A DNA stretch of 64,000 bases from an uncultured Candidatus Bathyarchaeia archaeon. GTDB lineage: Archaea > Thermoproteota > Bathyarchaeia > Bathyarchaeales > Bathycorpusculaceae. The notes under the pieces were generated by a model, which saw nothing but the letters and a program-made list of their open reading frames with translations, was not told the origin of the DNA and ran no database searches. The position numbers and the translations under genes were made by a program. Shown here in pieces: positions 8,453-17,601 of this stretch; position 1 is the stretch's first letter; the number at the start of each line of letters is the position of its first letter. The stretch is taken from positions 84,686 to 148,685 of the forward strand of contig CAZWDU010000003.1 in assembly GCA_964632845.1 (NCBI GenBank). Direction: 5' to 3'.

Positions 8453-8979
8453 CTACTTCGTTTTAGACCATTCCAGCCAACCTGCCAAGAAGCTGAGCTG
8501 GAAAGGAGTTAGCCCAGCGATGTACTCCAGCGAGTAGCCATACTCGTGTGCTATCAAGCCGAAGAGCTGGGCGTCTTTATTGGCTGTAATCCACTCAGCT
8601 GTTGCTGTCGCAAAAAAAGCGGAAACCTCTTCGTCAACCGCTCAGTCAAAATCGCCTTAATATCAAAAGGCATAGCTTCAAAGTCTTCATACGTAAAATC
8701 TGGACTCGCTTTTTGGAGCATCGCATGTACAACACGGTAGGCTTGCTCTTCTTCGTCTTTGACTTCTGCGAGGTTTAACGCCTTGAACTCCCTGCTGGTC
8801 AAATAGCCATATCGGATTTCGCCAAGGTCCTTATCCATGAGCGTTTGAATCTGCTTTGCATTCTCGGCGATTGCTTTAGGGTCGAAGAGTCTCGCGTTCT
8901 TAGCATCGACTTCCTTCTGCTCTGTCTCGTGCTCTTCCAGCTTCTGCTTAAACTCCGCAACCTTGTGTTCTTCAGTCAT
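8453..8979 (-). CDS. predicted -1 frameshift product (gpGT-like) of the tail assembly chaperone
   Basis: After T_TTT_TTG the -1 frame reads ATATAEWITANKDAQLFGLIAHEYGYSLEYIAGLTPFQLSFLAGWLEWSKTK and stops at TAG 8453-8455, 7 nt before the TMP ATG. Confidence 0.65.
8554..8979 (-). CDS. tail assembly chaperone (gpG-like, 0-frame product)
   Basis: Acidic 141-aa ORF between the tail tube gene and the TMP, containing a slippery heptamer near its 3' end. Confidence 0.7.
   Translation of the reverse strand: MTEEHKVAEFKQKLEEHETEQKEVDAKNARLFDPKAIAENAKQIQTLMDKDLGEIRYGYLTSREFKALNLAEVKDEEEQAYRVVHAMLQKASPDFTYEDFEAMPFDIKAILTERLTKRFPLFLRQQQLSGLQPIKTPSSSA
8611..8617 (-). other. slippery heptamer T_TTT_TTG (X_XXY_YYZ) in the chaperone 0 frame
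   Basis: Minus strand reads CCG CTT TTT TTG CGA; the plus strand shows caaaaaaag at 8611-8619. Confidence 0.65.
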
Positions 8980-8985
8980 GGCTCA

Positions 8986-9387
8986 TCACGTCAGAGTTCC
9001 TGGCTGTAGGTCGTCGCCTTCGCCTTCCATAGACTGCATCACAACCCCAGTTTGCTTCTGGTCAAGTTTCCAGTTGGTGAAGACAACGTTTTTCACGGTG
9101 AGCTTAGGCTTGCCTGTTCCAGCGCCCGCAGGATCCAACTCGATGTCCACCGGGTCGCCTGTCAAAACGACCGTGGCATACGTATTATCGACGTACATGC
9201 TTTCCACTGAGACTTTGTAGCTCTGGTTGCCATCTTCGAGGATGGATGGTTTGTTGCTTCCTAAAGCGTAGTCTTTGACGAGTTCGACGCCGATGGATAC
9301 GGAGACGCCTTTTGCGTAGCCAATCGCCGTTCCAGCTTTCTTGACAACGCCATTTCTTCCAACTATTGGAGTACTCATTTTTTTCAA
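8986..9387 (-). CDS. major tail (tube) protein
   Basis: 133 aa, beta-rich, placed directly before the chaperone/TMP pair. Confidence 0.7.
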   Translation of the reverse strand: MKKMSTPIVGRNGVVKKAGTAIGYAKGVSVSIGVELVKDYALGSNKPSILEDGNQSYKVSVESMYVDNTYATVVLTGDPVDIELDPAGAGTGKPKLTVKNVVFTNWKLDQKQTGVVMQSMEGEGDDLQPGTLT

Positions 9388-9399
9388 CTCACGCTAAGT

Positions 9400-9843
9400 T
9401 TATGACTGTGAATGAAAGAGAAGCGCTTCGAAGCGAATTTCTCCCCCATAGAACAGTTTGTTTTCGAACTTGATTTCGCCCGGAGCAAAACTCGTAGGAA
9501 TAACGTCAACGACTTTTCCGCCCAAGGTCCTATCCGCTAGAACGGCATCGACGACGTCAGCCATGACGGTTATGATGTCTTGGAACCAATTCTTAGGCGC
9601 ATATTCGTTGATTATGAGAATCACGCTGAAGTTGACCTTGACTTCTAAGAGTTCTCCAAGCGTTCCCTGTGAGATTGGCGAAGGCAGAGCATTTACAACG
9701 GCTTTAGGCAACTGCCCATACGAGAACTGCTCGCCCAACAACACGGACTTAATGGAACTCTTCGTTTCAATGGCGGCTTTCACCGCGTCGAAGACTTCCT
9801 TGTATGAAGTGTAGAAACCCATTAGCTTAGTAACTCCAGCCAT
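9400..9843 (-). CDS. tail terminator / tail completion protein
   Basis: Assigned by position between the gp10-like gene and the tube gene. Confidence 0.45.
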   Translation of the reverse strand: MAGVTKLMGFYTSYKEVFDAVKAAIETKSSIKSVLLGEQFSYGQLPKAVVNALPSPISQGTLGELLEVKVNFSVILIINEYAPKNWFQDIITVMADVVDAVLADRTLGGKVVDVIPTSFAPGEIKFENKLFYGGEIRFEALLFHSQS

Positions 9844-10250
9844 AACTCGGCGAAGATTTCGTCAACTTTACTACGAGCATCCTCAACCGCATTTTGCATG
9901 AAGGGATTAGGTTGAGAGCCTGGATGATGTACAATAGGAGTGAAGACGGTTCTGCCATTGGCTTCAAACGCGAGAACCGAAGCGTTAACGGGTCTAATCT
10001 CATGCGGTCTAGTGCCTTTTACCACGTACATTGCATAAGGCGCCAAAGCCTGAATCGATGCTTCGCCATCACCAATTTCTTTAACGATTGAACCTGCAAG
10101 TTTGCCAGTCTTCCATGGAGCACGAAAAAACGCGGAAGCATGAGCGACGTCAGCGAGTTTCTCGATTAGCTTCTGCCGTAGTTCTTTGCTGAGCTTACTT
10201 GCAACTTCGTCGAATTCGAGTCCACTAGTGCTTATTTCAACCGAAAACAT
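9822..10250 (-). CDS. HK97 gp10-family head-tail joining protein
   Basis: 'WKTGKLAGSI...ALAPYAMYVVKGTRPH' matches the gp10-family pattern. Confidence 0.65.
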   Translation of the reverse strand: MFSVEISTSGLEFDEVASKLSKELRQKLIEKLADVAHASAFFRAPWKTGKLAGSIVKEIGDGEASIQALAPYAMYVVKGTRPHEIRPVNASVLAFEANGRTVFTPIVHHPGSQPNPFMQNAVEDARSKVDEIFAELWLELLS

Positions 10251-10253
10251 AGT

Positions 10254-10640
10254 TTAGCCTTCACTTGGATGCTGAGCAATTACTTCGCCTTCAAATTGGC
10301 TGAGACCTGCACACGTGAGCGTTTCTTTTTGGAGAATGTTCTTCACGTAAGCTGCAATCTTCGTTTGGTAGGCGTTGCGAAAGTTTATCGCTAAATCCTC
10401 TTTTTGTTCTTCAGGCTTCACGCGTCTAGACCTGAATAAGCTTGCAGCTAAATCGGCACAAGCATACCTTAGCAAGTCAGGGACAGAGGTTAAAGGCGTT
10501 TCAACATGCTTGTTCAAATCTGCATCCATGATTGCTTGAGCCTCAACGATGACATCTGCAAGTTCAGAGTCGAAGCTGACGTTGTCCTGCTCGATTTGCA
10601 GTCGTTGTTTCAAATCCTCTATTGAACAATAGTCGGTCAA
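10254..10640 (-). CDS. gp6-like head-tail connector / adaptor protein
   Basis: The N-terminus 'DYCSIEDLKQRLQIEQD..DSELADVIVEAQAIMD' is the typical adaptor signature. TTG start. Confidence 0.6.
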   Translation of the reverse strand: MTDYCSIEDLKQRLQIEQDNVSFDSELADVIVEAQAIMDADLNKHVETPLTSVPDLLRYACADLAASLFRSRRVKPEEQKEDLAINFRNAYQTKIAAYVKNILQKETLTCAGLSQFEGEVIAQHPSEG

Positions 10641-10719
10641 CTTGATGTTACCTACGCTGTTTTGAGGCTAAATCCAAAAAATGGGGAAAGAGAACGGTAC
10701 GTGAGAAAGTTCAGCGCTG

Positions 10720-11673
10720 TTATGCTGCGGGTGTGACGGTGCAAATGCTGTTGGCGATGCCGCCGTCCGCGCCGAAATCTTGGTGCGTGATGACACTGTT
10801 AAGCAACTTTAGAGGCTCGTAGTAAATCTCCGTTATAGGCTCAGATTGAGCTTCAGCAAGCACCGCAGATTCTCCTTTTGTGCCAACGATTGCGACAGCA
10901 GCAGTGGTGGCAGTTGAGAAATAGGGGTCAGCAAGCCAGTCTAACCCTAAAGCATTTGGTATTTTTCCACTGACAAGTGAGTCGGCGAGTGCTCCGTGGA
11001 ATTGAGAAACGTCATAGTCTGTGGTAAAAGCTGTCCACATGCTTGAAGGCGTGCACATGATAAAGTCGCTTCGGTGTCCATCGTCAGCGTTCAGCTTTAT
11101 GGCTGAGCCGATTTCCGCGAATGTCAGAATGCTTCCGCTCGCACAGGCTAGCGTGTTGCCTTTGTCTGTGATCATGTTGTCGACGACAATGTCGAGCATG
11201 GCTTTGCTTACTGCTTGTCCGCCCAATCTGCCGAATTGTTCAATGAACGGTATCGGAGACTGATTCAATAATAGGCTGCTGATGGGTGATGCGTCACCGT
11301 AGCTGGCTAAGGTGCAGGTGCGTTTTGCCACTGTTGGGTCAGTTGCCGTTACCGCGTTGCCTTCGGGGCTCCACGTCATATATCCTGCTTTGCTGATTAT
11401 CTGCGTCTCGACGGTTATTCCTGCGCCCCTTGCAACAGGAACCATCATGCAAACCGTTCTGGCGTCAACCCATGCGGTTAGCTCAAGCAATGCTCTTTGC
11501 TGAACCATCGTGGGCAACGCAACGTTTGACGTTGACGTGAGAAGCTCTTTAACAGTGAGTTTGGCAGCTTCGCTCTTGTTGAAAGTGTCAATGCTCTCTA
11601 GCAATGTTTTGCGTCGAGGATTCTTGTTCTCGTTTATTTTCTGAAGTAGCTCAATAAATTTTGCTTCATCCAA
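10720..11673 (-). CDS. major capsid protein (HK97-fold type)
   Basis: 317 aa, placed after the protease/scaffold gene, with a strong GGGAGG upstream of its TTG start. Confidence 0.75.
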   Translation of the reverse strand: MDEAKFIELLQKINENKNPRRKTLLESIDTFNKSEAAKLTVKELLTSTSNVALPTMVQQRALLELTAWVDARTVCMMVPVARGAGITVETQIISKAGYMTWSPEGNAVTATDPTVAKRTCTLASYGDASPISSLLLNQSPIPFIEQFGRLGGQAVSKAMLDIVVDNMITDKGNTLACASGSILTFAEIGSAIKLNADDGHRSDFIMCTPSSMWTAFTTDYDVSQFHGALADSLVSGKIPNALGLDWLADPYFSTATTAAVAIVGTKGESAVLAEAQSEPITEIYYEPLKLLNSVITHQDFGADGGIANSICTVTPAA

Positions 11674-11773
11674 ATCTTATTCCTCCCGATTGGAGTTTTA
11701 TTCTCTCGTTTGCACAACCCGCTATCAGGCGTGTGAAGCAGAGAGAACGCTTCCTAACGTGTAGGGAAAACAG

Positions 11774-12838
11774 TTAGTGGGATTTTTTCTCGATTGCCGT
11801 TAAGACTTCCATCGCTACGAGCCTGAAGGCTTCTTGCCTGCTGGCGCCCTCATCGCGTAGCTGATTGAAGCGTTTCCAGTAGCCTTCCCGAGATAAAACG
11901 TCGGGTTCCTGCTTCTGTATGCTCGTAGTATCAGCAGGCTTGTCTGCTTTCGCAGCGAGCTTCTGGTTCAAGTCGTCAATCTGTTTCCTTGAGTCGTCTA
12001 GTTGCTTGCGGAGGTCGCCAATCATGTTCATAACGTCAATTTCAGGTTTTGTGAATTCAGCCAGCTTAGTCTCCAACTTTGTGAGTCGTTCGCTGTTCTG
12101 GCACTCATGAGCCTTTCTTTCCTTCGGCGTTACTACTTGAGCTTTTGAACTGCAACCTTGGCAGCCGAGACACTCAAGAAGCTGTTCAAACGGCTGAATC
12201 CGTGTCACAGGCACTCCAGGCAAAACATCCTTCGTCAACCAAGCCAAACCGTCAAACTGAAGCCCGTTGCATTGACGACTGCCGTCAGCTCCAAGGGTGT
12301 CAGGCCGGACGCCGTGAGCTTCGATGCTTACGTGAATGATGCCCTTCGGATTAGTCTCTGCGTTGTCAAGCAGGTCGCAGAAGTTACCAGCACTGCACAC
12401 AAAATCCTTGGGCACACGAGCCAGTACTTCGCTTACGTTGTTCTCAAACTCTGCGTCAACAAGCTCAATTGCCGAAAGCATCTCTTCGGTGTGGTTAAGG
12501 TTGTTCGGCTTTCTCACCAGAGTTCTTGTTCCCGCAGCGAGTTCCTCAGCCGTGTACTTGTTAGCGTTCATGCTTGTCCAAGGAAAGAGTGCTTCAACTT
12601 TGTACCATTTCGCCGTCTCATCTTCTTTGACACGTTGAATGTGGCACTTTGTCCAGCTAAACGATTCCTTCGGTGGACTGCCATAAGGCAACGTTTCATC
12701 CAGCTTCAGGACAGAGAGCCAATGCTGATACTCTTTCTCGCCGTCAACGCCATAGCGTTTAATGAACGCTGAGAGGATTCTATCAAAATCTACATGACGA
12801 ATAGACATAACAAAGTCACTGTGAGAAAGGCAACTCAA
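11774..12838 (-). CDS. prohead protease fused to a scaffolding-like coiled coil
   Basis: Sits between the portal and MCP genes. It has 'LNHTEE' in the N-terminal domain and a C-terminal heptad-rich region 'LTKLETKLAEF...LRKQLDDSRKQIDDLNQKLAAK'. Confidence 0.5.
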   Translation of the reverse strand: MSCLSHSDFVMSIRHVDFDRILSAFIKRYGVDGEKEYQHWLSVLKLDETLPYGSPPKESFSWTKCHIQRVKEDETAKWYKVEALFPWTSMNANKYTAEELAAGTRTLVRKPNNLNHTEEMLSAIELVDAEFENNVSEVLARVPKDFVCSAGNFCDLLDNAETNPKGIIHVSIEAHGVRPDTLGADGSRQCNGLQFDGLAWLTKDVLPGVPVTRIQPFEQLLECLGCQGCSSKAQVVTPKERKAHECQNSERLTKLETKLAEFTKPEIDVMNMIGDLRKQLDDSRKQIDDLNQKLAAKADKPADTTSIQKQEPDVLSREGYWKRFNQLRDEGASRQEAFRLVAMEVLTAIEKKSH

Positions 12839-12871
12839 AGATGTGAAACTGATACTGCAAAACTACATCAG

Positions 12872-13672
12872 TTACTTGCGTTTCTTCAAATAGATCGCGG
12901 CAGCCGCCAAGAAAGGCGCCACCCATGTCGCAATTGCTACTCCCAACACAAATGGTGACAACTCAAGCTCTCGATTTGAGCGAGGTGCAAACTGTGGAAG
13001 GCTGGGAAAAGGGATATACAATAAGAGAATCCAAAAGAGAATCAAGACTAAAACCGTCAAAACTATGTCAGGAATCTTTTTCGAGAGTCTTACGGGAAAT
13101 AAAAACGGGACGCTTTTGCTGTAACTTTTAAAGCAGTCTCCGAGTTTCTTTGTCAAGCGCCATTCCTCGAACTTGGCAATAGCGATGTACCCAAAAGCTG
13201 ACAATAGCCAATAACTCATAACCTCGAACCTTGTGTTGCTCCAATACTGCCCCATGGTTGCTACCATGAAACTCAACCCAAAAGTAATCAAAATGATGCC
13301 TGTGAACTGAGGGTGCCTCATACGGGAATACAAGCCTGAATCGATGAGTTCATTGCCCTTACGACGGCTCAAAAGCAACTGTACCAGAGCAACCAACAGA
13401 ATCGCGACACCGACAAAGGCGATTAACCTGCCAACCCAGAACTCAACTGCAAAAAGCATTATGTAGACACTATGAATCAGCGTTGCTGTAAACTGTGGGT
13501 TGTCGGTTGAAACCATTTGCCAGATGTAAGGCAGTAGCGGAATCACCATAATTCCCGTGAATATCCCAACGCTAAATACCGTCTGCAACCCAAAGAGCAA
13601 GACGGTGGCAACAGATTCGAATAGATGTCGCGCTTTTTCGCTTACGTTGACGGCATTAATCCCCCATAGCAA
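12872..13672 (-). CDS. ICMT/PEMT-family integral-membrane methyltransferase
   Basis: Multi-TM protein with the C-terminal signature 'GLYSRMRHPQFTGIILITFG ... FEEWRLTKKLGDCFKSYSKSVPFLFP' (RHPxY/FxG ... EE..L...G..Y..Y). Confidence 0.7.
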   Translation of the reverse strand: MLWGINAVNVSEKARHLFESVATVLLFGLQTVFSVGIFTGIMVIPLLPYIWQMVSTDNPQFTATLIHSVYIMLFAVEFWVGRLIAFVGVAILLVALVQLLLSRRKGNELIDSGLYSRMRHPQFTGIILITFGLSFMVATMGQYWSNTRFEVMSYWLLSAFGYIAIAKFEEWRLTKKLGDCFKSYSKSVPFLFPVRLSKKIPDIVLTVLVLILFWILLLYIPFPSLPQFAPRSNRELELSPFVLGVAIATWVAPFLAAAAIYLKKRK

Positions 13673-13764
13673 ATTACCAGTGCCTCCATATAATTCTACA
13701 CATTAGAACATCCGTGTGCAGAAAAATTCTAAGGCAACAGCAGTCAAAAAAACCCTTGACCGTC

Positions 13765-15096
13765 TCAAGTTCCGGCTGCAACCAGATTATTCATAAAGGC
13801 GCCCTTCAAATCTTCAGGTGAGTAGCCGAGCTTCTTGCTGGCTGCCGCAGGACTGATGATGCCATGCTCAATCTCCCTGCATAGTTTCTCGCTTAGTCGG
13901 TACACATCTTCAGCTTTCAAGGGACGCCAAACCAACCGCGCCATCTCAGGCACACCGGCAACCTTGAATACGTTAGCCTGATAGAACCGCTTTAACCTAC
14001 GCTGGTCATCTCTGACTTCAGCCTCTAACAATCGCTCTTGATAGTCAGCTGTAGCCATCGTTGTGGTTCCACCGACACCGAGAGCAATTTCGGGTACGCC
14101 TAAGCCGCCGATAAGTTCGTTCTCGAAATGCTTCAGCACAGGCTCAATCATCTGGCGGCTGTTTCCGATGTTTTTGTAGACTTCCTCGATTTTCAGGATA
14201 GTGCCGTCATTGTAGATGTCGCTTCCGTCAGGTCGCGTCTCCAATTGGTTTTTAACTTTGTTGAAATCCGTTTCGCTTATGTCATGGTCAGCGTCGCCCA
14301 AATCAATCTGAAGCAAAGGATGAGCAAGACGACGTGCAAGCCATGGAAGCTTCTTCTCCATGTACAAAATCGCTTTAAGGCAGGGCAGAATGTTGCGGAG
14401 ACTGCTTGTTCCGAAGCGGTCCCATGGACGGCAGTTGAACTTGAGATGCCAGATTTCTTCAGGTGGGTACTCGACCTTTTTGCCGACGGCTTCGGTGTAA
14501 ACGTATTGCTCCAGCGTTTTCTTGTCTGAAGACAGCTTAATGCCCATGAGCATAGGGTTTAACGGGTCCCAGATGTCGCCGTTTTTGTGCCAGTACATGT
14601 TCCCGAAAATCTTCGCATAAAGCGAACCATCACGCAAATATTCTTCGTCAATGATGGCGAGAGATGCCTTCGCTTTGTCGCTGATTTGATTTTTGCCGCC
14701 GAGGTCTATGTCGTAACCGTTCTGCCAAATCATCGCGTGCTTAACCATTACTGCTCGGTTCACGTAGGGCACGAGGTCGAAAGCATCCTGATAATCCGCA
14801 TAATCGTTAAAGTCTTCGGGCACGGTTACGCCGCTGGAAGGCAAGTAGTTGACCTTAGCCATCTGCGACAGGTTCAACGTTTGAACGCTTTCACTAATCA
14901 GCTTGGCGCCTTGTAGGATTCCGCGAATGCTCGTAGTAGAAGCTGCGTTCTTCATCTCGGTTGAAGCGACAAGATAGTTCTGCGATTCGCTTGCACCGAA
15001 ACTGAGAAGGCACTTTCTAGTCTTTGGCTTAGAAAGCTCTGTTACTTTCTTCTCTAGGTCTCGAATGCGTTTTCCAGCGGTAAACGGATTAAACAT
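13765..15096 (-). CDS. portal protein
   Basis: 443 aa, downstream of the large terminase and upstream of the protease and MCP genes. Confidence 0.75.
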   Translation of the reverse strand: MFNPFTAGKRIRDLEKKVTELSKPKTRKCLLSFGASESQNYLVASTEMKNAASTTSIRGILQGAKLISESVQTLNLSQMAKVNYLPSSGVTVPEDFNDYADYQDAFDLVPYVNRAVMVKHAMIWQNGYDIDLGGKNQISDKAKASLAIIDEEYLRDGSLYAKIFGNMYWHKNGDIWDPLNPMLMGIKLSSDKKTLEQYVYTEAVGKKVEYPPEEIWHLKFNCRPWDRFGTSSLRNILPCLKAILYMEKKLPWLARRLAHPLLQIDLGDADHDISETDFNKVKNQLETRPDGSDIYNDGTILKIEEVYKNIGNSRQMIEPVLKHFENELIGGLGVPEIALGVGGTTTMATADYQERLLEAEVRDDQRRLKRFYQANVFKVAGVPEMARLVWRPLKAEDVYRLSEKLCREIEHGIISPAAASKKLGYSPEDLKGAFMNNLVAAGT

Positions 15097-15586
15097 GAAT
15101 GTTAAGCTCCCATCGACGCTTGTTCACGTTGTAGATCCAAACTGCAGACTTAATCAGAGATGCCACCTGAAGCATGTACGCTTGTCCCGCAGCAACCTGT
15201 TCAGGCGTGTTCTTAACCTTAAACCGTTTGGATTGATGCTCTATTGCCACGCAGTAGCCGACTCCGTAAGGCATCAATGGATAAGCTCTGCACAGCAACG
15301 GGCGGTCATTGTAAATCATGCAGCCAGAGTGCACGTTTAGGAAGGGACACTTTGCATCGCTGAACTGCCACGTCGTCACTTGTCCCGTCAAACTCTTCGT
15401 TAACGGAAAGAAATTAACCGTGACACCCAACCGCTTTGCCAACTGCTCAAGTCTAACCTTTTCTGAGCCTGTGATGGCAGCGCCGAATCGTTTCCCAAAT
15501 AGTTGCCGACAGCACTCGCCGCAAGCCTGACACCTGAATAGTGTTTGTATTTTTGGAATGTCTAAGCTGAAACTGCAGGGATTCAA
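15089..15586 (-). CDS. YkgJ-family CxxCxxCC cysteine-cluster protein
   Basis: 'RCQACGECCRQ' plus the distal 'CPFL..SGCMIYNDRPLLCRAYP'. Its end overlaps the portal start by 8 nt. Confidence 0.7.
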   Translation of the reverse strand: MNPCSFSLDIPKIQTLFRCQACGECCRQLFGKRFGAAITGSEKVRLEQLAKRLGVTVNFFPLTKSLTGQVTTWQFSDAKCPFLNVHSGCMIYNDRPLLCRAYPLMPYGVGYCVAIEHQSKRFKVKNTPEQVAAGQAYMLQVASLIKSAVWIYNVNKRRWELNIHV

Positions 15587-15588
15587 GG

Positions 15589-16917
15589 TTACTTCTCCAA
15601 ATCTCCAAAAGCTACCTTTCCGATACTACGACGTTGCCCAGAGAGCACCGCGAAAGCTCCACTGGCACTGTCTACTTGGTCGTCGTGTTCGCCTTCAGGG
15701 AAAACCTCAGCCTCATCCAAGAACGCGTTAATCCAATCTCCCCTTACGAGGAACACGTTTTTCCTTTCCGCACTAGCACTCAAAGGACCGGCACGTGTCA
15801 CTTTGTCGCCCGTGCTTCGTGTTCCATGATAGTTGAAGCCAACAAGAACTTCCCGAGCGTAGTGGTCGCTGGCGATTTTGCCGCTGGAACCGCCTTCTTC
15901 TTCCATCCAGACCTGAACAGCGCGTCCATCAACCTCAGCCGTTTGCCGAACACGGTCTTCAGTTTGCTTAGGCGAACCGCGAAAACGGCAGATGTCAAAG
16001 ATGAAGAGCTGGCCATCCTTCAACCCTGCAAGTGTTCCGCTTGTCCAGTCAGGGTCTTTGCCCTTCTCCACTTCAGTTGACGCTAAGTCCCAGAACCGAA
16101 CCTTCCGAATCCCAGCAGGAACATCAGACGGCTCGACAATGCGGTCTTCGAACCATTCGCGGCGAAACATCGTGCCCAACTGAGCATCCCAGCAACCCTC
16201 AAGAATCTGCTTCCGACGCACAGGATCCAACTGAAGAAGGCTCTGACGATAGGTTGCTTGGTCAAGCTCAGGATTGTCCTCAAGCCTTGCAGGAATGAAC
16301 GCTCGACCATGACGTTTGCCCTCGATAAGGAAACGCTGCTTCACCCAATTGTGTCCAAGTCCTCCGGGATTTGTGGCACACCGCATCCGCAACGGCACAG
16401 CCATCCCGACTGGACGGCGAAGACGGCTAAACAGGAACACGTACTGAAGCTCAAACCACTCAGTAACTTCGTCAACGCCAATGAATTGAAACTCTGCACT
16501 CCTATACCGCTGCTCATCTCCAACACTTTCGCAGTAGCCGAACACGAGTCTGGCGCCAGAGGGAAAATGCCACGTATGGTTCACTTGGTCCCAACGAGCT
16601 GCGGTCCCGTCTAACCATAGGTGCGAGAGGTCCATCAGCGCTTTCGGCAACGACAAGTCAGGATAGGTTCGCCTTAGGAGCAAAGCCGAGTAGCCAGGAA
16701 TGTTCACGTATTGCAACGCAGCAGAAAGCAAGGCAACGGTTTTGCCTCCGCCACCCGCTCCGCCATACATGCACTCAAGGACGTCGCAGAGTAAGAATTG
16801 AGCTTGAGGGGACCTGCCGTCACTTGTGATTAGCGGCTTCCACTTTATCCACTTGTTCTCCAGAACCGCCCGCCTGAACAACTCTCGTTGAAACGTCTCC
16901 TTTGAAGAGGAACTCAT
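15589..16917 (-). CDS. terminase large subunit
   Basis: Walker A 'GGAGGGGKT', 'LLLRRTYPDL', Walker B 'FIGVDEVTEW', and nuclease-domain Asp motifs 'FWDLAS' and 'HDDQVDSA'. I chose the ATG at 16917; the ORF is open to 16974. Confidence 0.9.
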   Translation of the reverse strand: MSSSSKETFQRELFRRAVLENKWIKWKPLITSDGRSPQAQFLLCDVLECMYGGAGGGGKTVALLSAALQYVNIPGYSALLLRRTYPDLSLPKALMDLSHLWLDGTAARWDQVNHTWHFPSGARLVFGYCESVGDEQRYRSAEFQFIGVDEVTEWFELQYVFLFSRLRRPVGMAVPLRMRCATNPGGLGHNWVKQRFLIEGKRHGRAFIPARLEDNPELDQATYRQSLLQLDPVRRKQILEGCWDAQLGTMFRREWFEDRIVEPSDVPAGIRKVRFWDLASTEVEKGKDPDWTSGTLAGLKDGQLFIFDICRFRGSPKQTEDRVRQTAEVDGRAVQVWMEEEGGSSGKIASDHYAREVLVGFNYHGTRSTGDKVTRAGPLSASAERKNVFLVRGDWINAFLDEAEVFPEGEHDDQVDSASGAFAVLSGQRRSIGKVAFGDLEK

Positions 16918-17470
16918 AACGTCTAAGAAGCTCAGTGGTTTCGGACAATTCGACGTTCTTCTGCACCTGTACAACGTTGTTGATTTTCACTTGAGGCTCC
17001 ATGTTCACTCTCGGAAGCAACCCGAGGCTCTGACGTAGCTCAACCTCAATCTTCACAACTGCTGCTAATGTGCGAGCTGCGCCAACCTTCGCATTGTCGT
17101 TATCGGCACCCTGCATAAGCCTAATCGCGTTTTCTCTCGCCAACTCCAGAAACTTCAGCACGTCTTTACCGTCATCCTGAGCGCTCCAGTTTGCCCAAAT
17201 GAATGGCTCCCACTTAGCTCGGCGGTCATAATCCCGACGTAGAGCAAACTCTGTCACTTTCTTATGGATGCCTTGGCTCTCGTAATTCTCAGTCAGTTGC
17301 TTGGCCAGAGCTCTCAAAGTCACGCTATTGACTGCACCACCGTAGTGCAAAAGCAAGAGGCGTTTGCGCCTATAGAACAGATCCAAATCCATCTGCACAA
17401 AGGGCTTATCCTTTGAGGGTATGGGCTGTTCTGGGACAGCGCTGTCCGAACTCTGTTCATTAGAACTCAT
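16820..17470 (-). CDS. putative terminase small subunit
   Basis: Assigned only by position immediately upstream of, and overlapping, TerL. Confidence 0.45.
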   Translation of the reverse strand: MSSNEQSSDSAVPEQPIPSKDKPFVQMDLDLFYRRKRLLLLHYGGAVNSVTLRALAKQLTENYESQGIHKKVTEFALRRDYDRRAKWEPFIWANWSAQDDGKDVLKFLELARENAIRLMQGADNDNAKVGAARTLAAVVKIEVELRQSLGLLPRVNMEPQVKINNVVQVQKNVELSETTELLRRYEFLFKGDVSTRVVQAGGSGEQVDKVEAANHK

Positions 17471-17472
17471 TT

Positions 17473-17583
17473 CTAAGTAGCCTTCTCGAATTCCTCAGCT
17501 TTAGCGCAAGCTAATCTTGCGTAGCAGTCTCTACAGTCGGTAATCTTTTGCTCGGTTGCGCCCCAGTAACAAGGAAGAGCCAT
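17473..17583 (-). CDS. possible 36-aa Cys-rich mini-protein
   Basis: My translation is MALPCYWGATEQKITDCRDCYARLACAKAEEFEKAT. Its stop lies 2 nt before the TerS ATG. Confidence 0.3.
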   Translation of the reverse strand: MALPCYWGATEQKITDCRDCYARLACAKAEEFEKAT

Positions 17584-17601
17584 AGCGTAGCCTCGTAGTA
17601 A

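Noticed and set aside
12158-12772. 204-aa plus-strand ORF (with 12145..12339 and 12336..12638) inside the viral structural block
   Set aside because: It is antisense to the well-supported protease/scaffold gene, has Ser/Arg/Leu-rich low-information sequence, and breaks an otherwise strictly single-strand gene train.
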